Shown: piece by piece, positions 56,621-64,000 of the stretch
Numbering within the stretch: the first letter of the stretch is position 1
How the letters are laid out: every line of letters begins with the position of its first letter
NCBI RefSeq assembly: GCF_006345805.1
Contig: NW_021837027.1
Location: 1 to 64,000 of the forward strand
DNA length: 64,000 nucleotides
Reading direction: 5' to 3'
DNA from: Octopus sinensis
Lineage: Eukaryota
Made by a program: the position numbers and the translations under genes
Notes under the pieces: generated by a model
Databases searched by the model: none
Told to the model about the DNA's origin: nothing
Seen by the model: only the letters and a program-made list of their open reading frames with translations

Positions 56621-58062
56621 TTGATAATAATAATAACAACAACAATAACAATAACAACAACAACAATAATAATAACAACAACAACAACAACAATAATAAT
56701 AATAATAATAACAATAAAAAATAATAATAACAATAAAAATAATAATAATAATAACAACAACAACAACAACAATAATAATAAGAAGAAGAAGAAGCCTTTC
56801 TACTGGAGGCAGAAGGCCGCAAATTTGTGGGAAGGGGACGAGTCGATTACATCTTTCACTGGTACATAATTTATCGACCCGAAAGGCAAAGTCGAGCTCG
56901 GCACAATTTGAACTTAGAACGTGGTGACAGAAGAAATATCGCTAAGCATTTTGCGCGGCGTGCAAACGATTCTGCCAGGCCGCCGCCTTAAGATAATAAT
57001 AAATTATAATAATAAAATGAAGAACAAGCGTTAAGGACCAATTATATGAAGTGCAGAATTGACAACACTACCGACAGCGATAAATGCAGAATGTGTGGGG
57101 AGAGCGGTGAAAGATCTCGCCGGGACATTAGTGCTTTGGAGAAACGATACCAAGGCTTCTGGAATGACAGTATGCCGGTTGAGTGCTGCTGGACACTTTA
57201 CCTGGACCAACCAGATCGGGAACACCGCAGGAAATCCAGATCACAATATTTCTAACTCTGTTGTTCTGTGTCTGTTTTGTCTGACCCATTTTTTGTGTAT
57301 GCACTCTTTATAGAATGATAATGATGAGTTTTAACTCAATAAACTCATTTACATTCTAAAAATAATACATCCTTATTTATTACGTTAATGATTTCATATA
57401 AATACAATTGCGTAAATATTTGCATGCATCCAATAGAAAACTGATACATGTTGCATACAAATGGAGTGAAAATTGGAAACCAGCGTGGAGAATTAGTCTT
57501 TGAAAGTTGGTTTGCTTCCATAATGAGAATAATAGATTTTGTTGACCAGTGTAATAATATTCCTCAAGATTTATCCGTTGCCCCTTCAGTTATTATACAA
57601 TGACAACAAAGTAGATTCTTAATCAAATAAACAAGATATAAAACAAACTGCGGTTGTGTATGTCAACTGGAGGGGATGGTGGCGGAGGTAGAGGGTTGGT
57701 GGGAGTGGGAGTGATTGTTGTGGGTGCTGGGGGTGTTGGGTATTGGTGGTGGTAGACAACAGTTATAGCGGACGGTGGAGATTATTGTGTAGGCAATGAG
57801 GGGTGGACGGGTTGGGGACATGCTGTAGAAAATCCCACAAGTTCGTCTTAACGCCGTAGAAAGGTATGACGTTCTGATTTTTGCTTGAGAGAAAATCTCT
57901 TCATTGACAAATCGTGGTTTTGTGGCGAGAAGTTTGCTTCCCAGTCACACTGTTCTAGGTTCAATCCCACTGAATGGTACCTTGGGTGAGTGTCTTCAAC
58001 TATCACTTCTGGCTGATCAAAACCTTGTGAGTGAATTTCGTTGATGAAAACTGAAAGAAGCT

Positions 58063-58093
<31 letters not shown>

Positions 58094-58489
58094 CGCCGCA
58101 CACACTCATATTTGTATGTATGTGTGTGTTGTGTATGTCTTTGTATCTCTGTCCCCACCACCGCTTGAAAACCGGTGTTGGTGTGTTTACGTACCCGTAA
58201 CTTTGAGACTGAGAAAATAATTACCAAGAATAAAAAATAAATAAACATCCACTAAGGTTGATTCATTTGACTAAAAATTGTTCAAGGCGATGCCCTAGCC
58301 TGGCCGCGATCTAATAACTAAAAAAAAAAAACAAGAGATGCAAAAATTTAGAGATTTCAAGAAATGTCAACGCCACATTGCCAAAATCAGAAAACTGATG
58401 TTGATTGGTTCAATTAAACAAATGAACAACGTCGATATTGCTAACGAGCCGCCTTCTCAGTCGTTTGGCATTGAGGGATAAGAGGAAAA

Positions 58490-58990
58490 GAATCAGTTGA
58501 AAACTGAAGGCATTTTGGAGATGTCATCTGCCTCCCCATACGCCGCCATGTCGTCGCAAAAACAATATGCAATGCCATTCAGAAAAAAGATTGCCCTGGA
58601 ATAAATATAAAGAATCTCCCTGTTATTGAATACATACACGAATAACAGCACAAGGACTATTGGTGGAACATTCCCATTAAAACATCTATCAAGTGTAAAA
58701 ATGATAGGCCGGATATTGTTGCTTGGGACAGACAAGAATAAGTCATAGAGGTCAGCTGTCCTGCTGATGTGAATATCTCTTTGAAAGAGAAAGACGATAA
58801 TTATGGAGAACTGCTTCGAAACCTCCAGCTTCTCTACCCGGATTACAAATTTACATTTGTACCAACAATAATTGGGGCGCTTGGATTTTCAGAAAAATAA
58901 ATCAACCAACTAACTAGCACATTGCAAATACAATCTGCCAGCGGAACAGTAAAAACTCTGCAAGACTTTTCTCAAGTTTAAAATGTGACG
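58490..58990 (+). mobile_element. REL-endonuclease non-LTR retrotransposon 3' remnant
   Basis: KCKNDRPDIVAWD, VIEVSCPADVNISLKEK...YGELLRNLQLLYPDYKFTFVPTIIGALG. Confidence 0.78.
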
Positions 58991-59844
58991 TTTTCCTTAT
59001 CTACCTTCCAATGATGGAACTTTGTGCCTTTGTTAGAAGCCAGCTCCTTACTCAGAGGAAGAATTTTAAATGATTAAATATAGAAGTGGCATACATACAT
59101 ACATACATATACATCTGCACGCGCGCACACACAAACAAACGCACACAAACACACACACGCGCATTATATATACATATGTATGCATGTATGTTTATATACA
59201 CAGGCAAGAGTGTGTGCGTATGAGAAATTAGAGAATGTGGTGGTGGGGGTGCTTAGAATTAAAAAAATCTGGTCACCCACGAAACACCTGTTTCAAAGAA
59301 TCCTTCTGGTTCACACAAATCCCAAACCAACCAACATCGCCTCACCCACTCCCTTCCAGCACCCCTCAACTAATATGAGACCAAACAGTTTTAATTTCGA
59401 ATGTAATTCATTAAATAGTAGAAATAAATAAAATAAATCTCTTTGATCTTTCTTCTCTGCCGCCAGATGGCTTAAGTATAGTGAAAAAAGATTACCCGCA
59501 CTCCTCGCCCCCTAATTAATCCGCATACCGGGGGTTTCGCGAGGTTTCTGTTTGTTTAGACTGTTCATAAAACGTAAAGATCTATTTTCTAGGCAAATTG
59601 AAGATTTAATTAAGAAAGGATAACGAGAATAAGAGTGAGAGAGAGCGAGAGAGAAAGAGAGAGAGAGAGTGAGAGTGAGAAGGAGTGAGAAAGAGAGGGA
59701 GTGTGTGTGTGAGAGCAGATAGGACGATGATGTTCATGACGTGTGAGTGCGTGTGTGCGAGAAAGAAAAATACATACACTCATAGGCTTATGCGTATCTA
59801 TGGATATATAGCCATATCTAGATATATATCTATATCTATATCTA

Positions 59845-59892
<48 letters not shown>

Positions 59893-59966
59893 GTGTGTGT
59901 GTGTGTTTATGTATATATAAAACATTATATACATATATACATATAATATACATATATATACATAAT

Positions 59967-60026
<60 letters not shown>

Positions 60027-60069
60027 CTCACATATATATACATATATATACATATATACATATATATAC

Positions 60070-60100
<31 letters not shown>

Positions 60101-60147
60101 ATATATATATCTATATATATATATATATATATAGTATATTATATATA

Positions 60148-61600
60148 AAGGTAAGTTTACGACAAAGACGAAGGCATGTGGTGTACAAACAAACAAATGT
60201 ATTAGTATAACGCACAGGAATAGAAAAAGTCTTTTACGTTTCGAGCCTACGCTCTTCCACAGAAAGATACTCAGGAAAAAACAAGGAGAGAAACAAGGAG
60301 AGAAAAAAATGCGTGTAGTAGCTAACGATCTATCATGGCGTCTGACTTCGGACAGAATGGTCAGATGCGAGAGGGACAGTAGGGGAGATAACAGGGTCAA
60401 GTGACTTCCAATACGAAGGTGCCCCCAACACAAAGGTGCGTGTGTGTATATAAGAGAGTATGTATGTGCGTGTGAAAGAGGGCTGGTGGTGTGGACGTGT
60501 GGGTGTGGGGGTGGGTATGTGGGTGGTGTGTTGTGATGTGATATGTGTATGTATGTGTAGGTGTAAAGATGTGGGGATGGTTGTGTGGATGGTGTGTTGT
60601 GGGTGTGTGGGTGGTGTGTTGTGATGTGATGTGTAACGTTGTATGGTGTAGTGTAGTGTGGTGTGATGTTGTGGGGAGGTGGAGGAGACGAGAGTGGGGA
60701 AAGCACAGGTGGGGGAGGCGAGCGTAGGGAAAGCACAGGTGGGGTGTGGGTTCGGCTAGGGGTTGGGGTAGAGTAGGGGTTGTGGGTAATTAGATGGTGG
60801 AGTTAGAGGTGAGGTATGTGGGGGGAAGGGTGTGGCATAGGGGTGAAGTATGTGGGGGAGAGGTAAGGGATAGGGGTGAGGTATATGGGGCGAAATAGGA
60901 AGGGTATGGAAGGTGGAGTAGGGGTGGGTGGGTTTATGGGGAGAGGGGAAGGTGGGTATGTGAGGCGAGATAGGAGAGAAGGGGAGAAGAGGAGAGAGAG
61001 GAGGAGAGAAGAGAGGGGGAGGAGGAGGAAAGGAGAGGGGAGGGGAAGGGGAGAGAGAGAGGGGAGAGTGAGGGAGCAGAGAGAAAGAGAGAAGGGAGAA
61101 GAGGAAAAGAGGGAAGAAGAGGGAAAGAGAGTGGGGGTGAAAAGATGTAGGCGTGAAGTAGGAGTCGGGGAGGTGGTTAGATGAAAAAGGGGGGAGGTTA
61201 GATTAAAAGGGGTTAGATGAAAAAAAAGGGGGGGATAGGTTAATGAAAAGGGTGGAGAGTTGAGCCCAAATGGCAATGGCTAAACAGTCGAAGAGAGAAG
61301 ATTAATCCTGTTCACGGCGCAAGCGGGGCCGGATGACCTCTGTCAAGGACAATCCGAACACAGACAGGTGTTGTGCAAGGAGTGACCGGTGGAGCGGAAA
61401 TGGCGTGAGACTGGAGTGTCATTGCCGAGGCACAGATGTCCGGAGGTGTTCCGTGAACCGGTCAGCCAAGAGCGGCGTCCCCGTTTGTCCGATGTTAGGG
61501 AATGGTCAAGAGAGCAGGAGATGCATAGATGATATTGCTGGAGATGCAAGTGAAGGAGTTAATGATGCGATAGGGTCGATGATGGGTGCCGGTGAGGAGG
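60148..61600 (-). mobile_element. Penelope-like element 3' part: decayed GIY-YIG, pyrimidine/CA-rich spacer, pseudo-LTR with minimal hammerhead
   Basis: Frameshifted SSNIIY..CISCS..IGQTG..LADRFTEHLR..PVSRHFRSTGHS at ~61300-61545; hammerhead-like motif at 60231-60266 (-). Confidence 0.72.
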
Positions 61601-61601
61601 G

Positions 61602-61651
<50 letters not shown>

Positions 61652-61862
61652 GCATGCATATGTATATACATATATACATGTAAAATTTATTGTATATATA
61701 GGCGCAAGCGTGACTGTGTGGTAAGAAGCTTGGTTCCCAACCATGTGGATCCGAGTTCAGTTCCACTGCGTGGCAACTTGGGTAAGAGTCTTCTACTGTA
61801 GCGTCGAGCCGAACAAAGCCTTGTCAGTGGATTTGGTAGACGGAAACTGAAAGAAGCTTGTA

Positions 61863-61905
<43 letters not shown>

Positions 61906-62217
61906 TATATATATACATATACACACACACATATATATACACATATACACATATAAACATATGTACATGTTTGCGTGTTTGTCTTTGCATCTGTATTTGC
62001 CTCCTCACCCCAGCCCGCCCTCCATCACTTGACAACCGGTGTTGGTATGTTTAAATCCCTGTAATTTAGTGGTCTAGTCGAAACCTGTCAGACAGTTGAG
62101 CAGGTCTCTGAGGCATTTGCATCCCCGTCTATTCCTGTCTCTACCCACGTAGTCTACATGCGTGTCCAAGGTAGCATTCCAATCCCCCACTAAGAATAAA
62201 GGACGAGACGTTCCCAG

Positions 62218-62323
<106 letters not shown>

Positions 62324-63005
62324 ATAGATAGATGGGCGGACGAACGAGACAGAAGAACGAAATAAACGGAGAGAAAAGGAAATCGGGGGGAAAAAGCGGG
62401 GTAAATGCTGTTTATCAAGTTGATGAAATATTACGGGTACCGCCATCTGGTATTTCTCTGATCAAAATGTCGGTCTTTTAATGAAATCCTCATCTCTTTA
62501 ACATATTGACAGAGGGATCTTAGAGCGACCAAAGAATTTAAAGAACGCCATAAACGATGAGTAAGTCTCCAACCTTCTGGAGATTTATAAAATCCAGATT
62601 GAATGCGGAAAGTATCATAGAAGCGGTCAACTTGAGGGCAGTTTCGCTATTAAAGTATGGAGCTGGAATTCTTGAATGGAGAAAGTGACTGTCGATGCTA
62701 TGAGGCGTGTATTCCTCATCTAAATGGACCGAAGGTGAGCAGGAGGAGGTCAATGAGTATGGCAGAACGAGTAGAACTATAAAAGACAATACTAGGTTTC
62801 TATTTAGTAGAATAGTTCTTCTTAAGGCGGTAATACGTGAAGGGGTTTTTGGGGTTGATAGAGTCCTTACCTTTCCAGTAAAATAAATAAATAAAAGAGG
62901 AAAATGTGAACAAAATAAAACCCAACATTAAAGGAAAGGAGCTTTATTCAGTGTTTTATTCTTCATCCAAGAAACATGAAACAATAGGAAACAATAGAAA
63001 CAGCT

Positions 63006-63182
63006 GGAGTGGCTGTGGGGTAAGAAGGTTGCTTACTAATCACGTGGTTTCGGGTTCAGTCCCACTGCGTGGCACCTTAAGCAAATGTCTTCTGCTATAG
63101 CTTCAGGCCGACCAAAGCCTTGGGAGTGGATTTGGTAGATGGAAACCGTGTAGAATACCATCCTATATATGTGTGGTGTGTG

Positions 63183-63234
<52 letters not shown>

Positions 63235-63470
63235 TGTGTGTGTGTGTGTTTGTGTGTGTATGTATATGTTTGTGTGTCTGTGTTTGTCCCACCGCCATCG
63301 CTTGACAACCGAGGCTGGTGTGTTTATGTCCCTGTAACTTAGAGGTTCGACAAAGGAACGATAGAATAAGTACTCGGCTTACAAAAAATAAGTTCTGGGA
63401 TCGATTCGTTTGACTAAAGGCGTTGCTCCAGCATGGCCGCAGTCAAATGACTAAAACAAATAAAAGAATG
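63006..63470 (+). mobile_element. Family B SINE, full length
   Basis: Head, internal (TG)n and tail as in 23551-23952; similar copies at 57915-58330 and 61701-62075. Confidence 0.85.
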
Positions 63471-63528
63471 CTTATTATTTACATTATTTACATTTGATGG
63501 ATATTTGTCCTCATCTTGTTTGTTGTTA

Positions 63529-63572
63529 ACACAACGTTTCGGCTGATATACCCTCCAGCCTTCATAAGGTGT
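63529..63572 (-). ncRNA. Minimal hammerhead with core mutation
   Basis: Minus strand acac-CTTATGA-a-ggctg-(10 nt)-cagcc-GAAA-cg-TT-gtgt. Stems intact, but G5>U would be expected to inactivate it. Confidence 0.65.
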
Positions 63573-63724
63573 CTTGGGGAAATTTCGAACACTGGGTTCT
63601 CATTCCTAAGGTATTTTTCGATGTTATTATCCGAGGGTTATCCGAGGCGTGGTTATTGCTAGTTGAAAATTATTATTATCGTTATTATTATTATTATTGA
63701 GTGAGCGAGCAGAGCATGCCACCA

Positions 63725-63775
<51 letters not shown>

Positions 63776-64000
63776 TATTATTATTATTTTCATTATTATT
63801 ATTATCATCATCCATTATTATTAATATTATTATTGTTGTTGTTGTTATTATTATTATTGTTGTTGTTGTTGTTGTTCAGGTCACTGCCTGGAATCGAACT
63901 CGGAATCTTGGGGTTAGTAGCCCGCGCTCTTAACCACTACGCCATTTGCCCGTGGGCTGTTTCCATATTTACAAACCAATCAATCCCTGATTTTAATCAC

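Noticed and set aside
59467-59515. Possible next Brachyury exon after a polypyrimidine tract + cag
   Set aside because: No frame encodes the expected ITxLKIKxNPFAKAF and stops follow quickly.
60440-61270. G-rich, purine-rich stretch as G-quadruplex array or Pro-rich ORF
   Set aside because: Looks like degenerate or error-rich simple sequence inside a PLE remnant; may reflect low consensus quality.

Overview
Repeat-saturated animal genomic DNA. The SINE families and extreme (TA/CA/TACA/TAA/GATA)n density suggest a coleoid cephalopod, probably Octopus (inference). The only host gene I can support is Brachyury (T/TBXT) on the + strand. Two T-box exons are present (43405-43669, 265 nt; 52704-52844, 141 nt). 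I could not find the preceding or following T-box exons in the window, which implies very large introns. The rest is decayed mobile DNA: a near-complete CR1/L2-type LINE, tandem R4/Dong-like elements in (TAA)n, RTE and Tx1 fragments, a DD37D (maT) mariner, MITEs and many tRNA-derived SINEs. The most striking structure is a dense, sequence-diverse set of Penelope-like element (PLE) remnants. These carry about 7 intact-looking and about 6 degenerate hammerhead ribozymes with palindromic stem III, and they form fold-back inverted repeats, mostly beside (TA)n tracts. One family also carries an unrecognised four-hairpin RNA motif with compensatory changes across divergent copies, directly 3' of a hammerhead cleavage site. 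Most short ORFs in the supplied track are microsatellite read-throughs. All RNA structures were folded by eye and boundaries of repeats are approximate.
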